Position numbers and translations under genes: made by a program
Assembly: GCA_017536685.1 (NCBI GenBank)
Contig: JAFXGW010000024.1
Span: 1,315-65,314, forward strand
Direction: 5' to 3'
Length of the DNA stretch: 64,000 nucleotides
DNA from: Clostridia bacterium
GTDB taxonomy: Bacteria > Bacillota > Clostridia > TANB77 > CAG-508
Shown: piece by piece, positions 10,373 through 20,059 of the stretch
Layout of the letters: each line of letters opens with the position of its first letter
Numbering within the stretch: position 1 is the stretch's first letter
The notes under the pieces: model-generated
What the model was told of the DNA's origin: nothing
Databases searched by the model: none
The model's input: the letters and a program-made list of their open reading frames with translations, nothing else

Positions 10373-12616
10373 ATGAGAAAAAGTAAAATATTAAAAACAA
10401 TTTCTTACATTTTAATACCGTTTTTAATATTAATAATTGGATTATCTATTTTTTATGAATTTGGAAAAGAAGTTTATGGAGAAGAAATAGATACAAGTAC
10501 ATACTTTAAAACAGATACCTTTCTTAATATGTATATGAGTGAATTATCAAGTGAAGCTCAAAGATTAATTTATCATAATGATTCATTTAATAGTCTTAAT
10601 GATGGAGATATAACAATTTGTTTTGTAGAAAGTAATAGTTTTCATGTATTAAAAAATAAACAATATAATTTAAAAGATTATTATTTTTTGATAACATATA
10701 ATGATTTAGCAATAACAAATGTTGAACTAACTAGTAAAACAAATAATTTACAAGCAATTAAAGAGTTTATAAACAGCAGTTCAAATAAAAAAGCTAATAT
10801 AATAAATGGAGTAGTAGAATCTAATTCAGAAATTTTTGCTAATAAAGCTCTTCAATATTATGAAGGATTTGAAAATACTTATTATTCGATTGATGAAAAT
10901 AGTTATGTAATAAAAAATGATCATTCAACAGAAACTTTGATAACTCCAAATGGAAATTTTGAATATAGTCCTTATGATTATAAATATGAAATTACAGATG
11001 AAGGAACTTTTATTACAGAAGTTGAAGAGAATGAATTTGTAAAAAATGCATTAAGCCAACCAGAAAAAGAATGGTATACAACAAATATAAAAGATTTTCA
11101 AATTTTTTCCACATATAGTGAAGAATTGGTAGAAATAGAGAACTTATATTATTTAAAAACACTTATTAAAGATTTAAAACTATTTGAAAAATATATGGTT
11201 TATGCTATTCCAATAGCTTCAAGCTTACTAATTATTATTTTTATATATTTAATTATTGCAATCGGACATACAAATGGAAAAGATAAAATTGATTTTAATG
11301 ATTTAGATAAAATTCCTATAGAAATAGTTTTATTAGTAGGGTGTTTATTAGTAATTGGAGTAGTTGCCATAGCTATAAGTCCTCTTTATAACATTAAACA
11401 ATCTAACTATGTTTTTGCAAATAGTTTATTGCTAACAGGATATTTTATTAGTTATATTTTGTGTGCGGTAATGGGGATAACAATAATAAAAAGAATTAAA
11501 GCCAAAACTTTAATTAAAGAAAGTTTAACTGGAAAAATTTGCAAATGGAGTTTTAACTTATGTAAAAAAATATTAAATAAAATCAAAAATATTATAAAAA
11601 GAATTATAAGAACAATAAAAGAATTAATTTCAAATTGGCCAGATTCAATTAAAGCATGTATATGTTTTATTATTTATGTGTTACTTTCTATTTTATTAAT
11701 TTTTGCATTAGAATTTATAGGATTTTTAATAATATTAATAGTTTCAGGAATTCTTTTATATGGAATTTTAGAAGAAATAAATAGTTATAAAAAAATAGAA
11801 AAACATTTAAAAGAAATGTATGAAGGAACTAATAGAGAAAAATTAAATGAAAAAGATTTTACAAAAAATTTTAAAGAAGTTGTAAAATATATAAACGATA
11901 TATCAAGAGGATATGAAAACGCAATTGAAGAAGGAATAAAATCAGAAAGATTAAAAACAGAATTAATAACTAATGTTTCACATGATATAAAAACTCCATT
12001 AACTTCTATAATAAATTATGTAGATTTGATAAAAAAAGAAAATATAGAAAATGAAAAAATTAAAGAATATGTTGAAGTTTTAGATAATAAATCTCAAAGA
12101 TTAAAAAAATTAACAGAGGATTTAGTTGATGCCTCAAAGGCTTCTTCGGGAAATGTTAAACTAAATATTGAAAAAATAAATGTTGTAGAGCTTATAAAAC
12201 AAACAACAGGAGAATTTGAAGATAATTTTAAAAAGAAAGAATTAGAAATAATTTCAGAATTTGCATATGATGAATTGTATATAAATGCAGATAATAGGTA
12301 TATGTATAGAATTGTTGAAAACTTATTTAGTAATATATCTAAATATGCTCAAGAGAAATCTAGAGTTTATATAGATGTAAAAAGAATTGGAAGCAAAGCA
12401 AGAATTGATATAAAAAATATATCTAAAGAAAGATTAAATATATCAAGTGATGAATTAATGCAAAGATTTGTAAGAGGAGATAAATCAAGAACAACAGAAG
12501 GTAGTGGACTTGGACTTTCTATTTCAAAAAGTTTAACTGAACTTCAAAAAGGAAGTTTTGAAATAAAAATAGATGGAGATTTATTTAAAGTAGAATTAGA
12601 ATTTGATATTATTTAA
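10373..12616 (+). CDS. Sensor histidine kinase with a large extracytoplasmic domain
   Basis: 747 aa with an N-terminal TM helix, a roughly 250-aa external domain and several further TM helices. H-box SHDIKTPLTSI and the ATPase G-box EGSGLGLSI are present. Located 12 nt after the response regulator. Confidence 0.93.
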   Translation: MRKSKILKTISYILIPFLILIIGLSIFYEFGKEVYGEEIDTSTYFKTDTFLNMYMSELSSEAQRLIYHNDSFNSLNDGDITICFVESNSFHVLKNKQYNLKDYYFLITYNDLAITNVELTSKTNNLQAIKEFINSSSNKKANIINGVVESNSEIFANKALQYYEGFENTYYSIDENSYVIKNDHSTETLITPNGNFEYSPYDYKYEITDEGTFITEVEENEFVKNALSQPEKEWYTTNIKDFQIFSTYSEELVEIENLYYLKTLIKDLKLFEKYMVYAIPIASSLLIIIFIYLIIAIGHTNGKDKIDFNDLDKIPIEIVLLVGCLLVIGVVAIAISPLYNIKQSNYVFANSLLLTGYFISYILCAVMGITIIKRIKAKTLIKESLTGKICKWSFNLCKKILNKIKNIIKRIIRTIKELISNWPDSIKACICFIIYVLLSILLIFALEFIGFLIILIVSGILLYGILEEINSYKKIEKHLKEMYEGTNREKLNEKDFTKNFKEVVKYINDISRGYENAIEEGIKSERLKTELITNVSHDIKTPLTSIINYVDLIKKENIENEKIKEYVEVLDNKSQRLKKLTEDLVDASKASSGNVKLNIEKINVVELIKQTTGEFEDNFKKKELEIISEFAYDELYINADNRYMYRIVENLFSNISKYAQEKSRVYIDVKRIGSKARIDIKNISKERLNISSDELMQRFVRGDKSRTTEGSGLGLSISKSLTELQKGSFEIKIDGDLFKVELEFDII

Positions 12617-12642
12617 AATTAATTATTTAATTTTAAATTTTG

Positions 12643-12698
12643 AAAAAACAATAAAAGGTTAGTATGAAAATAGATTACTAATACTTTTATTGTTTTTT
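12643..12698 (+). terminator. Intrinsic terminator after the histidine kinase
   Basis: AAAACAATAAAAG (12645-12657) pairs with CTTTTATTGTTTT (12684-12696), followed by a T-run. Confidence 0.7.
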
Positions 12699-12893
12699 AT
12701 TAATTTATTTGTGTAAAATCGTTTATTAAAAAAATAATTTTTATTAAAATAATTTAATTTTTGTCAGAAATTTTGAGAAAAAGTAAATCAAAATTTTTAA
12801 AATATTTAAGATAATTTGTAGGAAAAATTTAAATTTATAAAAAAATATGACAAAAAATGCTTATAAAAATTTTGACAAATTTTCTTGAAAGTA

Positions 12894-12926
12894 TTGACAG
12901 TATTGGTTTTTGTGTTGTATTATAAT
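12894..12926 (+). promoter_or_regulatory. Sigma-A type promoter in front of the VirB4-like gene
   Basis: TTGACA at 12894-12899, then TATTAT at 12918-12923 (18-nt spacer) or TATAAT at 12921-12926. Two further TGACAAA motifs lie upstream at about 12848 and 12873. Confidence 0.5.
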
Positions 12927-12951
12927 TTCAAAATTTTTGAAAGGAGAGATA

Positions 12952-15310
12952 TTGATAAAAAATACAATAAAAACTCAAGATTGGTTGACTTTCGATAAAG
13001 TTTTAGAAAATGGTATAATTATTAATAAAAATTCTTATATAAAATTAATAAAAATTAGACCAATAAATTATGATCTTAAATCAAATTTAGAAAAAGAAGC
13101 AATTTTAAATTCTTATAAATTATTTTTAAAAACTTGTGATTTTAATATTCAAATACTTATTCAAAGTAAAAAAGAAAATTTATCCCAAAATTTTTATAAT
13201 CTAAAAAAATCTTCCCAAAAAGAAAATAAAAATATTCAAGAAATAACTCAAAAATATATAGAATTTTTAAAATCTAAAAATGAAGAAAATAAATCATCTT
13301 CTAAAAATTTTTATATCATTATAAAATATGAAATTGAAGCAACTATAAAAAATGAAGACGAAAGAAAAAATGCTCAAAATATAGCAATAAATTATTTAAA
13401 CGAATGTTTTTTCAAAGTAAAAGAGAGCCTTTCTAGATGTGGAAATAGCGTTTTTGATATTAATTCTAAAAAGGAATCTGAAAATATTTTAAGTTCTTTT
13501 TTTAATTTATCCCAAAACAAATTTATTGAAGAAGGAGAGTGATACTATAGAAGATTTTTATAAAGGAATTTTAAATATAAAAGATAAAATAGCACCAAGC
13601 TATGTAAATAATAGAAATCCAAAATTTTTAGAGATTGATGGTATATATTATGCTGGAATCTTAGTAATTGACTATTATAGAGAATATTCTGAAATTTTGC
13701 TTAAAAATTTAATCAATACAAATATAAACATGAATATTTCTATATTTTATGAAAAGCAGGATACATATAAAACAATAAAAGATTTAACATATTTTATTGG
13801 AAATGTAGGTGTAGATTTAAAGTTTGGAAATCAAAATAGAGAAGATATAGATATAGCAGCGTATTCTTATAATGATGCAAAATATATAAGAAAAGAAATG
13901 CAAGTAAATAATGAAGAACTTTATTTTTTGTATATTTATTTAATTGTTATTTCAGAAAGTGAAATGGATTTAGAGAGAAACTTAAATAAAATAGAAGGAA
14001 TTTTAGGATCAAATGGAATGATGACTAGAAAAGCTAATTTTAGACAAGAGCAAATATATAGATCTTGTTTACCTTTAATGAACAATGAAAATGATTTAAA
14101 AGAAATAAGTAGAAGAAATATTTTAAGTAATGGATTAGTTGCCACATATCCATTTGTTTCTTCAAATATGTATGATGAAAATGGGATTTTTATAGGTACA
14201 AATATTTATAATAATTCTATGATTTTAGTAGATAGATTTAATAAAGAAAAATATAAAAATGCAAACATGTGTATTTTTGGAACAAGTGGTGCAGGAAAAT
14301 CCTTTTATACAAAACTTTTAATTTTACGATATAGATTATTTGGAATATCTCAATACATAATTGATCCGGAAAGAGAATATGGAAAAGTATGTGAATCTTT
14401 AGGCGGAATAAATATAAAATTTGGTCCTACATCAAAATGTTTTATAAATGTTTTTGATATTAGAGAAGATAGTATAGAAGATGATTCTGGATTTTTAACT
14501 ACAAAAATTTCTAAATTAAGAGGATTCTTTAGTTTGGTTTTTGGAGAACTAGATGAAGAAATGGTAGCGATTTTGGAAGAAAAATTGATTGAAACATATA
14601 AAGAAAAAAATATAACATTTGATGATAATTCTTTGTATAAAAGAAATGAAAATGGAGATAAGGTGTTTAAAGATAGTCTTGACATGCCTATATTACAAGA
14701 TTTTTATAAAATTATAGAAAAGGATAATGAAGCAGAGTTTTTTAAAAGAAAATTGTATCCTTTTATATATGGTTCTTTAAAATTTTTGAATAATTATACA
14801 AATATAGAATTAGAAAACAAATTAATTGTAGCAGATATATATGAACTAGAAGAAGAAAGTTTAAAATATGGTATGTATATTTTTGTTGATATGTTTTGGG
14901 ACAAAGTAAAGAAAAATAGAGAAGAAAATAAAGCTATATATTTAGATGAAATTTGGAGATTAATTGGAATAACTTCAAACAAATTTGTTGCAAGTTTTAT
15001 ATACAAAATTTTTAAAACAATAAGAAAATATGGTGGAAGTGCAGTTGCTATAACTCAAGATGTTTCAGATTTATTTAGTCTAGAAAATGGAACATATGGT
15101 AAAAGCATTTTAAACAATTCAAGTATAAAATCATTTTTTTCTTTGGAAGAAGAAAATATTTTAATATTAGAAAAATATGCAAATATTTCGGAAAAGGAAA
15201 AAATAGAAATAAAATCTTTAAAAAGAGGAGAGAGTTTAATGTTTATTGGAGATAATCATGTGTTAGTAAAAATAGAATGTTCTAATGATGAAAAGGAGAT
15301 GATAAGTTGA
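12952..15310 (+). pseudogene. VirB4/TraE-type T4SS ATPase, split into an N-terminal ORF (12952..13542) and an ATPase ORF (13493/13526..15310)
   Basis: The N-terminal ORF has the VirB4 N-domain pattern (QDWLTFDKVLENGIIINKNSYIKLIKIRPINYDLKS..EKEAILNSYKLFLK). The C-terminal ORF has Walker A GTSGAGKSFYTK and Walker B AIYLDEIW. Likely start is TTG at 12952 behind AGGAGAG. The two frames overlap over 13493-13542, which contains a T7 run. Combined length of about 800 aa fits an intact VirB4. Confidence 0.75.
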
Positions 15311-16611
15311 AATTAATAACGGCAATAGGAAATCCTGTTTTGAATGAAAAATTAAGAATATTAGAATCTGTTTGTGTTGTTGGAAGAGACATTCAATATC
15401 AAGAAGGGATTGTTGAAATTTTAGAAGAATGTGAAGATATTGATTGTCTAATTATACATGGAAATTTACCAGGAGAAATTGGTTTTTATAAATTAATTAA
15501 CAAAATAAAAAATATAAAACCAGAAATTGATATTTGTGTATTTTTGGAAAAAAAAGATGAAAATATAGAAAATTATTTAAGTAGTAAGGAAATATACAAA
15601 ATCTATTATTTAAATCAAATAAATTTTGATGATTTTGTTAAAATTTTTAAAAATAATAAAAATAATTTGGTATTTGGAATAAATAAAGAAATTAATGAAT
15701 TTAAAAAACTCATTTTAAATGAAAATTTAATTGAAGATAATTACACTTTTGTGGAAAGTGTAATTAATGAAAATTTTGAAGAAAATAAATGTAATGAATA
15801 TATTGAAAATTTTAATGAAACAAATATAAAATTTGGTGAAAAACAAAATGAAAATGTACTAGAAAAACAAGATGAATATTGTTTTAATAATGATGAAATA
15901 TGTAAAACGATTGCTATTAGTGGTAATTTTGGTTCTGGAAAAAGCTTGGTTTCTGTTTTGTTATCCAATGTTATATCAAAACAAAATAAGAAATGTTTAT
16001 TAATAGATTTTGATTTAGAAAACTCATCTATAAATACTCTTTTAGGAATAAAAAAATACAAAGAAAAACAAAGTTATGTAGAAGATTGCATTACGAAGGT
16101 TGATGAAAATTTGGATGTACTTTGTGGAATTGATAAGATTATTAATTTTAGAGAAATAATTAATAATTATGCAATAAAAGAAATAATAGAAAGATTAAAA
16201 ATTGATTATGATTTTATTATAATGGATGTTTCATCTCGAATTGATTTTAAATATGTAAAAATAGTTTTAACATATTGCGAAAAGATAGTTTTTTTAATTG
16301 AGCCAAATTTATTAGAAATAAGTAAGTCTAATAAATTTTTGGAAGTTTTAATAAGTGATTTTAATATAGATGTGGATAAAATAAAAATTATATTTAATAA
16401 ATCAAATAAATATAAAATAATAGAAAATGTTTTAGAAGAAATATTTTCAGAAATTGAAATTATAGGTTGCATTGAATATGAAGATTTGTATAGTTTATTT
16501 ATTAATAAAAATACACAAATAAATTTTGATGAAAATAAATTTGAAAGAATATATCAAAAATTAATAAAAAAAGAGGAGGGGATATATGCAAATGCAAGTG
16601 TTAGATATTGA
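15307..16611 (+). CDS. TadZ/CpaE-like ATPase: pseudo-receiver N-domain plus ParA/MinD-type P-loop
   Basis: 434 aa. The N-terminus has a CheY-like pattern, but His replaces the phospho-acceptor (DCLIIHGNLPG). The C-terminus has deviant Walker A ISGNFGSGKS, LLIDFDLEN and Walker B DFIIMDVSS. The TTG start overlaps the VirB4 stop (TTGA). Confidence 0.65.
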   Translation: MKLITAIGNPVLNEKLRILESVCVVGRDIQYQEGIVEILEECEDIDCLIIHGNLPGEIGFYKLINKIKNIKPEIDICVFLEKKDENIENYLSSKEIYKIYYLNQINFDDFVKIFKNNKNNLVFGINKEINEFKKLILNENLIEDNYTFVESVINENFEENKCNEYIENFNETNIKFGEKQNENVLEKQDEYCFNNDEICKTIAISGNFGSGKSLVSVLLSNVISKQNKKCLLIDFDLENSSINTLLGIKKYKEKQSYVEDCITKVDENLDVLCGIDKIINFREIINNYAIKEIIERLKIDYDFIIMDVSSRIDFKYVKIVLTYCEKIVFLIEPNLLEISKSNKFLEVLISDFNIDVDKIKIIFNKSNKYKIIENVLEEIFSEIEIIGCIEYEDLYSLFINKNTQINFDENKFERIYQKLIKKEEGIYANASVRY

Positions 16612-17326
16612 TAATAGTATTAATAATAAAAACGAAATCAATCAAAATTTAGGAATAAGAATATATGAAGCTCAGCAAAGTTTTTTGCAAACAAGCTTAG
16701 GGAAAGCTGTAAATACGGCAATAGATATTGGACTAAAATCTATATTACCAGACTTAATAGAAGATGAAGTTATAGATATAAAAGACTGTATTTTAGAAAA
16801 TGGTTTTAAATCTGGTGTTGAAGAAATATTAAAATCAGGAATAGACTTTGGAAAAAGTGTGTCTGGCATAATAACAGGTAATTTTGAAAGTATTGAACAA
16901 GTTCAAATGGCTGTGAAAAATGGAGGTATATTAGATAAAACATCAGAGTTATTAGATAATATAATTAATTTCGTAAAGCAAAAGAATTTAATAAATAATA
17001 CTACGGCATCTTTAATTAAACAGGGGAAGAATTCTATAATAAGTTCCATAAGTAACAAAGTTGAAGAAACCCTAACAAATCAAATAAAAGCTGTGGATAA
17101 AATTGAAAAATTTACGAAAAATTGGAATATTGCTTACGGAATTCAAGATTTTGAAAAAATGGAAGTGGCGTATAAAAATATAAAAAATAATTTAGAAAAA
17201 GTATTACCTTTAGAAAGAATAATTAACAATGCGAGAACAATAGAAAATATACATAATTTAATAAAAAATAATGGAAAAAGTTTTAATTTAACAGAAGATG
17301 AAATAAAATTAGCTCAAATACTATAA
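16586..17326 (+). CDS. Hypothetical protein (246 aa), last gene of the VirB4 block
   Basis: Strong SD GAGGAGGGG upstream of the ATG, which overlaps the preceding gene by 26 nt. No motif recognised. Confidence 0.6.
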   Translation: MQMQVLDIDNSINNKNEINQNLGIRIYEAQQSFLQTSLGKAVNTAIDIGLKSILPDLIEDEVIDIKDCILENGFKSGVEEILKSGIDFGKSVSGIITGNFESIEQVQMAVKNGGILDKTSELLDNIINFVKQKNLINNTTASLIKQGKNSIISSISNKVEETLTNQIKAVDKIEKFTKNWNIAYGIQDFEKMEVAYKNIKNNLEKVLPLERIINNARTIENIHNLIKNNGKSFNLTEDEIKLAQIL

Positions 17327-17454
17327 GAGAAACAGAGGAAAATTGTAGAAATGTTTGAAAATAAAAGCGTTCTGATTATATGTAATCAAATATTATTACT
17401 AAAAAAATACGAAAAAAATCATAAGTTTTAAGGTAACTTTTTTGCCAAATTTCC

Positions 17455-17483
17455 TTGATTTTTTAAGTGTTTTTTTATATAAT
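17455..17483 (+). promoter_or_regulatory. Stand-alone sigma-A promoter of gyrA
   Basis: TTGATT at 17455-17460, a 17-nt spacer, then TATAAT at 17478-17483, about 36 nt upstream of the gyrA ATG. Confidence 0.6.
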
Positions 17484-17519
17484 GCAAGTGGAAAATAATA
17501 AAGGAAAAGAGGATAATAA

Positions 17520-19961
17520 ATGGAAAGGCAAGATGGAAAAATAATCGAAAGAAATATTGAGACAGAAATGAAAACTGCCTATATTGATTATGCAATGAGC
17601 GTTATCGTTTCACGTGCTTTACCTGATGCTAGAGATGGTTTAAAACCTGTTCACAGAAGAATTCTTTATTCTATGCATGAAGATGGAATTACATCAGATA
17701 AACCATACAGAAAATGTGCTAATACAGTTGGTTCTGTTTTAGGAAGATATCACCCTCATGGTGACTCTTCAGTTTATGATGCAATGGTAAGGTTAGCTCA
17801 AGATTTCTCAATGAGATATATGTTAATTGATGGTCATGGAAATTTCGGATCAATAGATGGTGACGGAGCTGCGGCTATGAGGTATACAGAAGCAAGAATG
17901 GCAAAAATTGCTGAACAAATGCTTGTTGATATCGAAAAAAATACAGTAAATTTCATGCCAAACTATGACGATAGACTTCAAGAACCAACAGTTCTTCCTG
18001 CAAAAGTACCAGCATTATTAATTAATGGTTCATCTGGTATTGCGGTTGGTATGGCTACAAATATTCCACCACACAACCTAACAGAAGTTATTAATGGTGC
18101 AATAAAAGTAATAGATAATCCAGAAGTTTCAATAGAAGAACTTATGGAAGTTGTAAAAGGTCCAGATTTTCCAACAGGTGCTATGATTCTTGGAAAAGAA
18201 GGAATAAAAGAAGCTTACACAACAGGTAGAGGAAAAATAACAGTAAGAGCAGAAACAGAAATAGAAGAAATGTCTGGAAATAAACAAAGAATTATTGTTT
18301 CATCTCTTCCATATCAAGTAAATAAATCAAACTTAATAATTAAAATAGATGAACTTGTAAGAGAAAAGAAAATTGAAGGAATCTCAGAAGTAAGAGATGA
18401 ATCTGATAGAAATGAAAGAGTAAGAATAGTAATCGAGCTTAAGAGAGATGCTAGACCTCAAGTAATTTTAAATCAATTATTCAAACATACACAAATGCAA
18501 GATACATTCGGTGTAATTACACTTGCTTTAGTTGATGGAGAACCAAAAATCTTAACATTAAAACAATGTTTAGAAGTATATATAAATCATAGAAAAGAAG
18601 TTATCTTAAGAAGAACAAAATTCGAATTAGATAAAGCAGAAGCAAGAGCACACATTTTAGAAGGTTTATTAATTGCTATAGACAATATTGATGAAGTAAT
18701 CAAAATAATTAGAGAATCTTATGATGATGCTAAAGAAAGATTAATGGAAAGATTCAAACTTTCTGATATTCAAGCGCAAGCTATATTAGATATGCAATTA
18801 AAGAGACTATCAGGATTACAAAGAGAAAAACTAGAAGAAGAATATGCTGAATTAATGAAATTAATTGCATACTATAAAGAAATTTTAGCTAGTGCAACTT
18901 TAGTATATGATATAATAAAAACAGAACTTTTAGAAATGAAAGATAAATTCGGAGATGAAAGATTAACAAAAATTGCACCTGCAGAAGGTGAATTTGAAGA
19001 AGAAGATCTTATCAAAGAAGAACAAACTGTAATTGCTTTAACTCACTTTGGATATATTAAAAGAATGCCAGTAGATACATATAAGAGCCAAAGAAGGGGA
19101 GGAAAAGGAATAACAGGAATTGCAACAAGAGAAGATGATTTTGTAAAAGAAATATTTACAGCATCAACTCATGACACAATTCTATTCTTCAGTAATAAAG
19201 GAAAAATGTATAGATTACGTGGATTTGAAATTCCAGAAGCAGGAAGAACTGCAAAAGGAACAGCAATCGTGAATTTACTAAACTTAGAAGCTGGAGAGAA
19301 AATCTCTGCAATTATACCACTTCAAAACTTTGCAAGTGATAAATACTTGTTAATGGGAACAAGAAATGGTTTAATCAAAAAAACACCACTTCCAGAGTAT
19401 GATTCAAATAGAAAAACTGGATTAATGGGAATCACATTAAAAGATGATGATGAATTAATCGATGTTAGATTAACTGATGGACAAGATAATGTTGTATTAG
19501 TTACTAGAAAAGGACTAAGTATCACTTTTGATGAAAAAGATGTTAGACCAGTAGGAAGAACAGCTCAAGGTGTAATTGGAATGAGATTAGATGACGGAGA
19601 TTACGTTGTTGGTATGGAACCAATTGTAGTTGGAAGCAGCGCTACTCTACTTACAATTACAGAAAACGGATTTGGAAAGAGAACAGAACTGGATGAATAC
19701 AGAGTTCAAAACAGAGGTGGACGTGGAGTTATAACATATAAAATTACCCCAAAAACTGGTGAAATCGTAGGAATTAAGATAGTAAATGGAACTGAAGATG
19801 TAATTTTAATTACAGACACAGGAACAATTATTAGATTAAACTCTGGAGAAATCAGTGTTCTTGGAAGATCAACACAAGGTGTTACTTTAATGAGAACAAA
19901 CGAAGGAAAAGTTGTAAGTATTGAAAAGATAGTTGAAAAAGATGAAGACTATGTAATTTAA
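17520..19961 (+). CDS. gyrA: DNA gyrase subunit A
   Basis: 813 aa with the QRDR-type segment YHPHGDSSVYDAMVRLAQ, the active-site AAMRYTEARM and C-terminal beta-pinwheel repeats. Confidence 0.98.
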   Translation: MERQDGKIIERNIETEMKTAYIDYAMSVIVSRALPDARDGLKPVHRRILYSMHEDGITSDKPYRKCANTVGSVLGRYHPHGDSSVYDAMVRLAQDFSMRYMLIDGHGNFGSIDGDGAAAMRYTEARMAKIAEQMLVDIEKNTVNFMPNYDDRLQEPTVLPAKVPALLINGSSGIAVGMATNIPPHNLTEVINGAIKVIDNPEVSIEELMEVVKGPDFPTGAMILGKEGIKEAYTTGRGKITVRAETEIEEMSGNKQRIIVSSLPYQVNKSNLIIKIDELVREKKIEGISEVRDESDRNERVRIVIELKRDARPQVILNQLFKHTQMQDTFGVITLALVDGEPKILTLKQCLEVYINHRKEVILRRTKFELDKAEARAHILEGLLIAIDNIDEVIKIIRESYDDAKERLMERFKLSDIQAQAILDMQLKRLSGLQREKLEEEYAELMKLIAYYKEILASATLVYDIIKTELLEMKDKFGDERLTKIAPAEGEFEEEDLIKEEQTVIALTHFGYIKRMPVDTYKSQRRGGKGITGIATREDDFVKEIFTASTHDTILFFSNKGKMYRLRGFEIPEAGRTAKGTAIVNLLNLEAGEKISAIIPLQNFASDKYLLMGTRNGLIKKTPLPEYDSNRKTGLMGITLKDDDELIDVRLTDGQDNVVLVTRKGLSITFDEKDVRPVGRTAQGVIGMRLDDGDYVVGMEPIVVGSSATLLTITENGFGKRTELDEYRVQNRGGRGVITYKITPKTGEIVGIKIVNGTEDVILITDTGTIIRLNSGEISVLGRSTQGVTLMRTNEGKVVSIEKIVEKDEDYVI

Positions 19962-19966
19962 TAAAT

Positions 19967-20004
19967 AAAAAAGACAAACTTTAATTTGAAGTTTGTCTTT
20001 TTTT
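19967..20004 (+). terminator. Intrinsic terminator after gyrA
   Basis: AAGACAAACTT (19971-19981) pairs with AAGTTTGTCTT (19989-19999), followed by a T-run to 20004. Confidence 0.85.
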
Positions 20005-20008
20005 ACTA

Positions 20009-20038
20009 TTGACATTATAATTTTTATATTTATATAAT
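20009..20038 (+). promoter_or_regulatory. Sigma-A promoter of the S8 peptidase/YkgJ pair
   Basis: TTGACA at 20009-20014, an 18-nt spacer, then TATAAT at 20033-20038. Confidence 0.6.
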
Positions 20039-20059
20039 AAATTGTGTAAGGAGATAATT

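Larger units (their letters stand above)
12952..17326 (+). mobile_element. Degenerate T4SS (conjugation-type) block A
   Basis: Contains split VirB4, a TadZ-like ATPase and an unknown gene. It is extremely AT-rich compared with gyrB and gyrA. No integrase or relaxase is present. Confidence 0.5.

Noticed and set aside
12910-12951. Upstream extension of the VirB4 N-terminal ORF (MCCIIISKFLKGEI...).
   Set aside because: It would start inside the -10 region of the predicted promoter. TTG 12952 sits 6 nt after AGGAGAG and is the more credible start.
9096-17424. 12-nt identical string AAAAAATCATAA at 9096-9107 and 17413-17424, considered as direct repeats (att sites) flanking the gyrB-gyrA insert.
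   Set aside because: A 12-mer made of A/T plus one C is likely to recur by chance in DNA this AT-rich. There is no integrase and no extended similarity around the match.
17606-17621. parS-like half-palindrome CGTTTCACGTGCTTTA inside gyrA. Other CACGTG sites at about 22755, 30686 and 39056 were also checked.
   Set aside because: Only the left half matches TGTTNCACGTGNAACA, the right half does not. It lies within conserved coding sequence, and the other CACGTG sites fit even less well.
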